Shown here one piece after another: positions 23,100 through 33,699 of a stretch of 64,000 nt of DNA. How positions within the stretch are numbered: the first letter of the stretch is position 1; each line of letters opens with the position of its first letter. The notes below the pieces were generated by a model. It was not told the origin of the DNA and made no database searches. It worked only from the letters and a program-made list of their open reading frames with translations. The DNA comes from Felis catus (Eukaryota), in contig NC_058368.1 of the NCBI RefSeq assembly GCF_018350175.1, forward strand, positions 238,020,001 to 238,084,000, read 5' to 3'. Made by a program: the position numbers and the translations under genes.

Positions 23100-25034
23100 G
23101 TCGACAGGTTGAGGTGAAAAACTGTAATGATACCACCACGCGATTTTCTTAGACTCTCACTGTGCCTGGCACCTGTTGCCGATGGGATCCATAAATGCTC
23201 TTAGAGCGATAAATTCAGTTTCGTTTTGTTTTTTAATCACAGCATGACCAAGCATTGAAATCAATAAGAAAACTTTCTTCATCTGGTTATTTCATTAATT
23301 TATAACTGTACATAGATAAGAAGAAGAGGAAACCTATCATATCAGACCTTGAAGGAAGTTTCACTCGGCTAATAGAAAACCAAAGATAATCCAAATACAA
23401 TTCTGGCAAAAGCCCAAAATACAAGATTGTGACCAATAACTTCAAAGCGCTATGTTAAGGGGTTCATTATCAGAGCTGACACGGACCGGCGTCTCTAACT
23501 TCCGCCCCCGCAAGACACATCTGAGCACTTGAACACCTGCTCAAAGGTGTTCCTCTTTCTCTAGCCTTCTCTGATGCAGCGTTGCCACGGGCTTCTCTCA
23601 AGGACAGAACGTGGCCGCTGACTTTAAAAAGCGTGCTTTGGACAGGACTGTCCAGGGACCCTGTTGCCCGCTGGCCCTTGGTGTGGAGGCAGGGCTTGTG
23701 TTCAAGTCAGACGCACGAGCCGCCGGTGGAGTCGGTCGGTGGGAAAAGAGGGAAGCTGTAAACGAAATCGGTGCGGAGGGTGCCACAGACAGAGGCAGAA
23801 CGGAGCCGCCCAGGAGAGCCCGCAAGTAGGACCCTTACTCACCTGTACTTGAACGACACTGCCTTGTTTCTGTCCATTATCGTGCTACCTGAACCTCTTG
23901 GTATTTTGTCTGGAAATGTGTTCATCTCTTTGCAGTAGCCCTTTATCATCAATAAGCTTGGAAGACACATCGGGGGATGTCGAACGCAAAACAAACAACA
24001 CGGAACTCAAAACATTTCCCGGAGGGTACCCGTGGCGCAGATATACACTGGCGTGCCTTCCGACCACACGGGGCGTGGAGCCACTTTCTCATCTTGGACA
24101 CCTGACGGCTGCCTGGTGGTACCTCGACGCACCTCCTCACTACCCGTGGGGCGCCGTCTTTTCGTGGGCATACTTGCCATTCATTCCTCTTCTGTGGTGG
24201 ATCATCTGTTCAAATTTTGTCCATTCTTAATTGCTCATTTTCATCTCAGAGTTTTGAGAGTTATTTATACGCTCTGGCTACAAGTCCTTTGTCAATGTAA
24301 GATTAGCAATTTTTTCCCCACTCAATGGCTTGTCTCTTCATTATCCTATCAGTATCTTTCAAAGAACAGAAGTTTTCATTTTTATGAAGTCAAATTCATC
24401 AAATTTTTACTTTTATGGACCATGCTTTTGATGTCATATTTAGGGAATCTGCCTAACTCAAAGTCACAAAGATTTTCTCCTATGATGCCTTCTGAAATTT
24501 TTCATAGACTTAGGCTTTATATTTCAGCCCCTAATCCATTTCTGTATGATGTATGGATCAAAGTTCATGTTTTTCATGTGGATATCCAATCGTTCCAGCA
24601 CCATTTCTTAAGAAGATTCTTCTTTCTCTGCTAACTTCACTGTTTGTTGAAAGCCAGCTCTTCGTGCATGTGGTTGTCATTTTCTGGACCCTCTATTCTA
24701 TTGATCTGGTCTGATTTGCAGCCAACCACGCCGTCTTGATTATGGTCGCTCTAAGTCTTAAAACAAGATAATGCTAGTCCCCCAACTTTGTTTTCCACTT
24801 TTAAAGTTGTTTTGGCAACTCGAAGTCTTTTTGCCATTGCAAATTAATTTTAAAATAAGTTTGTCAGTGTGTACAAGAATGAAAGCCTGCTGGTGTTCCT
24901 TGGGACGGCATTGAAGAGATCAAATTGGGAAGAGATGACATCTCACTAATATTGGATCCTTGGATCTGTAAACATATATATCTGCCCATTTGTTAAGGTG
25001 TTCCTTAACTTCTCTTAGAAACAGGTTACTGTGA

Positions 25035-25186
25035 GGGACACATGGGTGGCTCAGTTGGTGGAGCATCTGACTTCGGTTCAGGGCAAATTCCCACAGCTCG
25101 TGAGTTCGAGCCCCACATCAGACTCTTCAGTCAGCACAGAGCCCACGTGGGATCCTCTGTCTCCCACTCTCTCTGCACCGCCCTTG

Positions 25187-25218
<32 letters not shown>

Positions 25219-25242
25219 AATAAATAAATAAACATTTTAAAA
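25035..25242 (+). mobile_element. Can-SINE (diverged SINEC)
   Basis: gggtggctcagttgg head, gagttcgagcccc B box, (CT)n and aataaa tail. Confidence 0.92.
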
Positions 25243-26059
25243 ATCTACAACAAAAAATATATGTTTTCATTTTTAGTATATAAGCCTTGCACATTTTGGT
25301 CAGACGCTATTGTAAATTAATTTCAATTTCTAATAGTTTATTGCAAGTATATGGAAAAGTGATTCATATTTGTATACAGACTTTGTATCCTGCAATCTGA
25401 TAACCTCATGAGTATATATACCTTTTTATACAGTCTACAGGGTTTCTGACACAGACAACTATGTCACCTGATTATAAAAAGAGTTTTACTTCATCACTTC
25501 CAACACTTCCAAATGGGGTAACTTTTACCTGTTTTTGTTTTGGTATTTTTTTTGGTTTTAGAGTTTTGTTTTGTTTTCTTCACTCACTAGAGTGGTTAAG
25601 CAATGCAGTACAGTGTTAATGAGAAGAGGCAAAAGAGAGCATTCTTGTCTTACTACTAATCTTAGGCAGAAAATATTTATTATCCTACCACTAGATACAA
25701 GTATAATTTTTTGTTTGGTGGAGCTTTTTTCCATACATCAGTGTTTCTTTATCAGTTTGAAGAGGTGCCCTCTCATTCCTAGTGTGTTGAGACCTTCATC
25801 AATTGTTTTTGTAATAACGAAAAAAAAGTTTGAGGACTGTATTGAGGTGACCATATTTTTTTTCCTTTATAGTGTATGAATATGATGAATTACATCTATT
25901 AACTTTTTAAAACATTAAGCCCACTTTGAACTCCTGGAATAAGTACTACTTTGCTGCGAGGTATCATACTTTTTATACATTGCTAGATTCGATTGGCTAA
26001 AATTCCGTTTACAGTGTTTGCATCTGTTCATGAAGGTAATGGGTCTGCAGTGCCATTTA

Positions 26060-26362
26060 TATTTGGCCCTTAAACTATGTGGGTTTGAACTACCCGGGTC
26101 CATGTATATGTGATTTCTTTTTTATAAATACAATACAAGGCTGTAAATGTATTTTCCTTATGATTTTCTTAATAACATTTCCTTTTCTCTAGCTTGCTTT
26201 ACTGTAAGAATACAGTATATAATGCATATGACATACAAAACGTGGTTTCTGGTCAACAGCAGTCTATTAGTAGTTAAGTTTTGGGGGAGTCAAAGTTATA
26301 CATGGGTTTTCAAATGCACGGGGTCAGAGCCGCTAACACCTGTGCTGTTCAGGGGCCACCTG
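26060..26362. mobile_element. Tigger2a-like (TcMar-Tigger) non-autonomous DNA transposon
   Basis: Degenerate TIRs tatttggcccttaaac ... gttcaggggccacctg (consensus CAGTTGACCCTTGAAC), TA on both flanks, internal gggtttgaactacccgggtcca and aagttttgggggagtcaaagttatac. Confidence 0.85.
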
Positions 26363-26921
26363 TATGTACATCTTTGTCAGGTTTTGTTGTCAGAACAATA
26401 GGATATATATTATTACATATATATTATATATTACATATATATAATAATAACTGGCCTCATAGAACAATTTCAAACATATTTCCTCCTCTTCGATTTCCTG
26501 TGAGAATTATTATTGAACTGGTATTGGTTCTTCCTTGAACCTTTGGTGGAATTTGAATATGAAGCCATCTGGATGAGGAATTTACTTTTTTTAGGGTTCT
26601 TCAGTTTATATTCTTAAATGAGGTTTGGTAGTTTTGACTTTCAAGATCTTTCTCCACTCCATTCAAATGGTAAAATTGGAAAAAATTGTTTTATAATATT
26701 CCCTTCTTGGTCTGTTAATATCTGTAGGATCTGTAGTGATGTAATCCTTCTCATTTCTGATATTAAACATGTCTGTCTTCTCTCTTTTTATCCTAAACAG
26801 TCTGGCCACAATTCATCAGTTTTATTGATTTTCTTGGTTTTATTTAAATTGTTCCATTGTTTTTCGGGGTTTTTTTAATACATTGATTTTTCTCTACTTG
26901 TTACTTCCTTTTTCTACTTAC

Positions 26922-27096
26922 TTTTTATTTAAGGTTTATTTATTTTGAGATAAGTGGGGTAGGGGCAGAGAGAGAGAATCCCAAGCAGGGTCCACGCTTA
27001 GCATGGAGCCCAATATGGGGCTCGATCTCAGGACCATGATGACCTGAGCCACAATCAACAGTCAGACTCTTAACTGGCTGAGCCACCCAGGCCTCT
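26922..27096 (-). mobile_element. Can-SINE (older subfamily)
   Basis: gagagaatcccaagcagg...gacctgagcc...ctgagccacccagg. Confidence 0.9.
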
Positions 27097-29811
27097 GACT
27101 AGAAACATGTTTAAATTATTGAGACTTGTTTTATGGCGTGGTTCATCGTCTACCTTAGTAAACTTTTGGTGTGCTGGAGAAGAATGTGTATCCTGCTATT
27201 GTTTTTTGGAGTCTTCTACAAATATAAATTAAGTAAATTAAATGAAAGTATTTTTCAAGTCTTCTATATGCTCACAGATAATCTATCTACTGTTATTATC
27301 AACTACTTAAACACAGGCACTGAAATCATTGTCAGTATTTGTGAATATGTCTACTCATTCTTTCAGTTCTATTAGCTTTTGCTTCATCTATTTTGAAGCA
27401 CTGTTATTATATGCCCACAGGTTTAGGATTATTATATCCCTTTGATGAACTGATACCTCTTATCTTTATGAAGTAGTAACGTTCTTTGCTCTGAAATCTA
27501 CTTTGTCTGATGTACTATAGACATGACAGCATTGTTGATTTTTAAAATGATCGTTGTGGAATGTATTTTACATACTTTCAACTTTTAACCTATATGTGTT
27601 TTGATATTTAAAATGGTTTCTTCTAGGGAGCACAGACTTGAGTGTTTCTTTTTTATCCAGTCATACAAATATTGCGTTTTAATTGGATGGTTTAGACCAT
27701 TTATATTTAATATGATTATTCATATAATTAAATTAAATCTATCCTCTTTAACTTGGTTTCTATTTGTCCCATCTGTATTCCTTTTTGTCTCTTTTTATAC
27801 CTTCTTTTGGATGAATCAAAAATACTTATGATACATTTTACCTCCTCCACTTGCTTATTAGCTAGATGTTTTAGTATTTAGTTTTGGTTTTGGTTTTGGT
27901 CATTGGGTTTTCAGTACACAGTTTAGTTAAGTCTGCCTGCAGGTTGAATCACATCATTTAGTGGATAAGACTCTCATGGTAACGTAATTTCATTTCTTGC
28001 CTTTCAAATTTTGCTCTATTTCATGTATTCTACTCGTATATATTAATCCACATACATTGCCATTATTTCGTTTTACATAAAAAATTATTTTTGTCAGGAG
28101 ATTTATATGATAAGAAAAGATCTTACATGTTTAACAATACGGTTACCACTTCCCTTCACCCCCGTCCATCTCTCTGTGTGGGCACATATTGCCAGCTAGT
28201 ATCGTTTTCTGCCGGTGAAAGGACTTCCTTTAACTTTTCTTTCTTTTCATTTCAGGTCTGCTGATAATAAAATTTGTTCAATTTTTATATCCAAAACTCG
28301 ATTTCACCTTTATTTGGAAAGATATTTTTTCTTGGTATAGAATTCTAGATTGATTTATTTTTCCTTTGAGAACTTTAAAGATATTGTTGCGTTGTCTTCC
28401 TGATTGCTTTCTTGCCAACGAGAAATCTGCAGTCCCTCTTATTATGACTCCTTCATGCATGAAGTGTCTTTTTTGTGGACCACTTTTAAGATTTCATTTT
28501 TATCATTGCTATTGAGCACTTTTATTTTGATATGTCTTTGTACAGTTATTTCCATGCTTCTTGTAATAATTATCTGCTGATCTTAATACTGTATGCTTAT
28601 AATTTTCTTTAAATTTAGAAAAATTTCGTAGGAATTTCTTAACATACTTTTTCTGCCCACCCATTTTTCTCTTCCCTCATGTCTTCACAAGCTTGTATAT
28701 TAGGCTAATATTTATCTATATTAGGCTGCTTGAGTTTGTTCTAGAGTTCACTACTGCTCTGCTACTCTCACTCTTTTTAAATTTTTGTTTTATTTTCTTT
28801 TATTCTAGATAGTTTCAATTGCTATATTCTAGTTTACTAATCTTTTCTTCTGAAATGTCTAATCTGATGTTGCTTCCATCCTAATATATTTTTCAACTTA
28901 GACATTGTATTTTTCATATTTCGATGATTCTTCTGAATCTTTTAATACTAACCGCATCTCTACTTGACTTTTGAACAATCAGGATACAGTTTTAACTGCT
29001 TATTATCCTTGTCTGCTAATTCTAACATCTGTGTCTGCCCTGTATTGATTTCAAAGGATTAATTTCTCTCCTCATTATGGGTTGTATTCTTCTTTGCATC
29101 TTGGTAATTTTTTGTATTGGATGCCAGACATTGTAAATTTCGGTTTGTTGGGTGCTGAATATTTCTGCATTGCTAAAAATCCTCTTGTACATTGTTCTGG
29201 GATCGTATTAAGTTCCTCTGAAAGTTTCATCTTTGTATACCTTCTTTTAAGGTTTGTTAAGCAGGACTGGAGCACTCTAGGTGTAAGTACTCCTCACTGG
29301 GGGGAGCACACCACGATGAGTCTTCTACTCCATGTCCTGTGAAATTAGTTTTGCTCTCTGCCTGGTGGGAACATCCCATATCTCAAGGACCATTGTCCCC
29401 TCTAACTTTCTGGACATTTTTCAACCCAGTATTCACTAACATCCTTACACACATTCATATACATTATCATTATTCTGTTCACTCTCATTTCTCAAGAGTG
29501 CACAGTCCTGTCTCCCTCTCCCTCCCTTTCCCATCTTTCCCTGCTCCTCTCCCCGCCTCCCTCTCTATCTCTCATTATCATCAATTTGAAGAATAAAATC
29601 CTAATCACTATTTAAAGAGAACATGAAGACTCCAATCACAGGGCTCCCTCGTTGTTTCCCGTATCTCAGTAGTCAGTGTTTTTCACTGTGCTTTGAAAAC
29701 TTCTATTTCGTATATTTTGTCTGCTTTTTTTCCCCAGACATAAGGGTAGATCTAGTCTATGTCATTCTCACTGGGCAGGAACTGGGAGCCCCTTCCTTTT
29801 TTAAAAAGAAA

Positions 29812-31100
29812 TGTTTTATTTTAAAACAATTTTAGGTGAGCAGAAAATTATGAAGATAGCACAGAGCTCTCATATACCTCCCACCGAGGTTCTCATACAA
29901 ATAGCATCATCACTAACATGGTACCTTTGCCTTCACTAACGAATCAATATCGACACATTGTTACTAACTAAACTAGTTAGCTAGATTTCCTTAGTTTTTA
30001 AACTGTGACTTTGTTCTGTTCCAAGATCCTCTTTAGGACCATATTCATTCAGTTGTCATCCCTCCTCAGGTTCCTCCTGCTCCTGTGATGGTTTCTCCAA
30101 CTTTCCTTGCTCTTGATGACCTTGATGCTTTTGAGGAGTACTTGGCATGTACTTTATGGATTGTCCTTCTGTTGGGATCTGTTTGGGATTTTGATTTTTC
30201 ATAATTAAACTGGGTTATGTGTTTTGGGAGAAAGGCCACAGAGGAAGGTGACCTCTGTTTCCACCAACTGTATCCAGCACGCACACTCTCACAGAGCTTG
30301 TCCAATCCCTCCCTGTAAACTTATTCCATTTTCCCCTTTCCACACCTCAGTCCTTAGCAGGAGGTCACCACACGCAGCCCACGCTTCAGGAGGAGGGGTT
30401 GTGCGTCGCCTCCACGAGGGCAAAGCAGCTACAAATGTTATTCTGAATTCTTCTGCGTGGAGACCTGTCTTTTCTCCCATTGTTTAATTATTGATGCAAG
30501 CATTTACTTATATTGGTATAGACTCATGGATATTTATTTTGTACTTTGAGTTATAATGCAGTGCTATTTGACTTTATTGTTCAAAATGTTCCAGTATGTC
30601 CACTGGAAGCTCATACAGTTGGTTCCTATGTCTCCGTGACATGCTCCCATCATTGTAGGGTTTGGGGGTCTGGGGAGTGTGTGTGTGTTAGCACTTCCTT
30701 ACTTTCTGGGGCCACAAGGTGCTCTGGGCTCCTCTTGCCACAGTTCGTGACTCAATCCCTTCTCCAAGAAGCCCGGTTCCTTTTACTGGAGAACGGTGTT
30801 GTGAACAGGTCTGATTGCTCCTGGATTGTCCTTGCTTCTGGGCCCTCTCAACGGACAGGAGACTGACCCATTGACACACACAAATCTGTAAATGCCTCCA
30901 CGAGTAACCGTATGCATCTGTACTAAACTAACCACAAGTTCATACTCTATCTCCACCTAACCGATTGCCACACGGGTCACCCTCGCCTCCTGCATCCGTA
31001 AACTCCCACTCCAGAAGGAACGTAGCTCCCACCATCTGCCAACATCTAACTAGTTGTTAAAGTCCGGCAGGCACGTCCCACCCTGTAGTGACACCCTCAT
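29812..31100 (-). mobile_element. L1MC-like 3' end region
   Basis: ttttattttaaaacaattttagg...gatagcacagagctctcatatacc...actaactaaact and gactcatggatatttattttgtactttgagttataat. Confidence 0.75.
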
Positions 31101-32039
31101 GGGCTAGAGGAGAGTGCGGCACGGACTGCTCTTTGCCCGAGCTGCTCAGGTCCGCGCCTTCTCTCCTCCCTCTCTCGTGAGGGCCCTTCTGCATTTGCCA
31201 CACGTCTCTTCCGTTTTTGGAATAAGCTTTGCCAGTTGACACTTTGTTCTTCTTTGAGCACGTGGAGGACGGCGTTCCATGTGTTCCGGCTAATGTGTTT
31301 CCTCCATTGTCCTTCTGCGCGCAGGGCATGCCTGGCCTCTGGCCGCTTCGAAGACGGTCTCCTCCCAGTCGAGCAGCAATTCGACTTTGACAAAAATTTT
31401 TGTCAAATTTGGAAAATTTGTGGCCATAATTTTTGAGACATTTTGTGAGCCCCCCCCCCCATCATCATCGTGTATGCATTTTAAGCCATGTGATATCTTT
31501 TGCAGCTTGGCGATGTTTTTTTTCTATAAAACTACTTTCTGTCGCCTCTTCCGCGTTCACTAAACTTTCCTTCCACTCGCTCTTGTCACCGTTGGGCTGT
31601 TAGCACCATGTGATGCGCCTTCCACCCGAGGTGCTGTGCTGCTTACGTCTGGACTTCTGCCCGAGACTTCCATTTTGTAACAGACATCTCGCCAAGCGAG
31701 GAGAGCGGGCTGCCCCTCTTCCTGCAGCTTCCCGAAATTGCTGTAAGTGTGGCTTCCGGCCACTCTGTTTCCTCCGGGGGTTGCTTTTTCTCGAGCGTCA
31801 GGTAGTTGTGGAGGGGACGCAGCCAAGGACTCAGGGGACGCTCTGTGCTCCTCCGGAGCACACCCCGCTCTCTCCATCACCCGGCACACAAGCTGCAGCC
31901 ACCTGAGGTCCAGGCAGCCACACCTGAAGTACCTCATTCTGCAGAACAGCACTCCCGATGTCAGGCCGACGACCTGCGTTCCACCCTCAGGGGGCCTCCA
32001 CGGCGGACTTCTGTTTCAGTCGCACTGATCGGGGTGGAG

Positions 32040-32720
32040 TAAGAAATGCAAATAAATAAGCGATTTAACTGTATCACTTTCATATCAGCTAGAAGGCAAA
32101 ATCGAGGAGCCACAATCTCCAGGCGGGCGTTAAAAATTGCCAGAAACTAAAGAGCTTTTACACAGCCCCTTGGCATGGCGATAGGGCGGAACACAGGACA
32201 AGCAGATATTTTTAACACGCTTGGTTGTTGCCAAGGCAGTTGTCATTGAACGAAATGAAAGTCATCACATCATTAAGATGATGGTGTTATCACCAGTCTA
32301 TGCATACACGATGTTAACAAAGATTTTCTCATCTCTCTGGCTGTAAACGTGGTCCGCTCTCACAGGGAGCCCACCACTGTGACGGGGCTCTGTCTTTCTG
32401 TCAGTAACAGCTTCAGATTCCTGTGGTCTGGGGTGGCCCAAGGTACAGGGTCTCAGGCATCCCAGGGCACTGACACGACAGCCCGAACCTACTTTGCTCA
32501 TTATTAGCATTTGTGGTCAAGATCATCTAAAACCCAAAGTGGATGTAATTCAGTTATAACCTAGGTTCGCGTTTGGAAAGTCATTCAGAATTTTTAATGC
32601 TTTTATCTTATTTGATGGACACAAAAAGTGTCATCAAAACTGATTCAATAGACCTTATAGAAACCCATCAACTTCATTTTGATGCCCATTGTCTCAGTTA
32701 TGCGTGTAACACACACCATG
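32040..32720. promoter_or_regulatory. Candidate conserved non-coding element
   Basis: Repeat-free AT-rich block with TCF-like atcaaaa/ttttgat, tgtca and an RFX-like gttgccaaggcag motif. Confidence 0.35.
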
Positions 32721-33490
32721 GAGCCTAGTGCTCGAAGCAAAACACACTTACCCCTTACGGTTCAGTGATCTGGCTGGACCGTTCTCCTGCTGGGCTCGCC
32801 TGGGCTGCCACGGGGGGCTTCTTCCAGCTGGGGGGTCAGGTGCAGCCCTGGGCATGGCTGGGCCCTCTCCTAGTGGCCTTCCATCCCCCGGAGGCTGACC
32901 AGGGTCATGGTCGTGCTGTCTCAGGGCCACACGGAAGGCAGGCAAGCCTGTGCACGTGCTCCCCTGGGGTTTGCTGATGGCCTTCTGCCCAAAGCAAGCA
33001 AGTGCCATGCCCAGAGCCCCCAGGGGAGGGGACTCACAGGGCCTGGATCCCCAGGCGCAGTTCACTGGGGACTACAATGCAACCTTCCCCTGCCCAGTGG
33101 GAACACCCAGAGCCCCAGACCTGAAAGGTTCATCTATCTGGCCTCAGGCTGGCAGTCCAAGATTTTGTGGGCCACATCACATCTGCACACGTGGCCTTCC
33201 CAGTGTGGTTCCTTTGCATCCAGAGAAACCAGACGGGTGTTCCGTGCCCCGAGTGCAGGAGAGACAGCCAAAGGCTCTGAGACTTACTGGCCCCAGTAAT
33301 CACGTTAGAAAGTAATTGCTGAAAGCCAGTCCAGTAAAGTTGCACTTTTAAGGAGCATATTTTTAACAGGAAAAGGTATATATTGCTTTTTAAACACTTA
33401 TGAATTTTGAAAACTAGAATTTATTTAAAAATTAGCCACGTTTCTCTGAAAACCTATGAAGGTGGTATTCGAAAACCCGTATATCATCTT

Positions 33491-33699
33491 GGGGCACCTG
33501 GGTGGCTCAGTTGGTTAAGAATCTGACTTCAGCTCAAGTCATGATCTCATGGTTTGTGGGTTCAAGCCCCACGTCAGGCTCTGTGCTGACAGCCTGCTTT
33601 GGATTCTGTGTCTCCCTCTCTCTCTACCTCTCCCCTCCTCATGCTCTCTCTCTCTCTCTCTCTCTCAAAAATAAATAAACATTAAAAAAACTGAAAAAA
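33491..33699 (+). mobile_element. SINEC_Fc-type Can-SINE
   Basis: Full body with a small internal deletion; 20-bp TSD gaaaacccgtatatca(t/a)ctt at 33471-33490 and 33700-33719. Confidence 0.95.

Larger units (their letters stand above)
24000..29790 (-). mobile_element. Long ancient L1M remnant (ORF2, ORF1 and 5'UTR), with nested SINEs and a Tigger
   Basis: Collinear antisense L1 motifs: gtggatatccaatcgttccagcaccattt, ctttgtatcctgcaa, gaagccatctgga, tttagaccatttatatttaat, ttcttggtatagaattctag, and a 5'-end-like cagggctccctcgttgtttccc...gtatattttgtc. No intact ORF. Confidence 0.88.

Noticed and set aside
24032..24634. 200-aa + strand ORF
   Set aside because: Antisense reading of decayed L1 ORF2.
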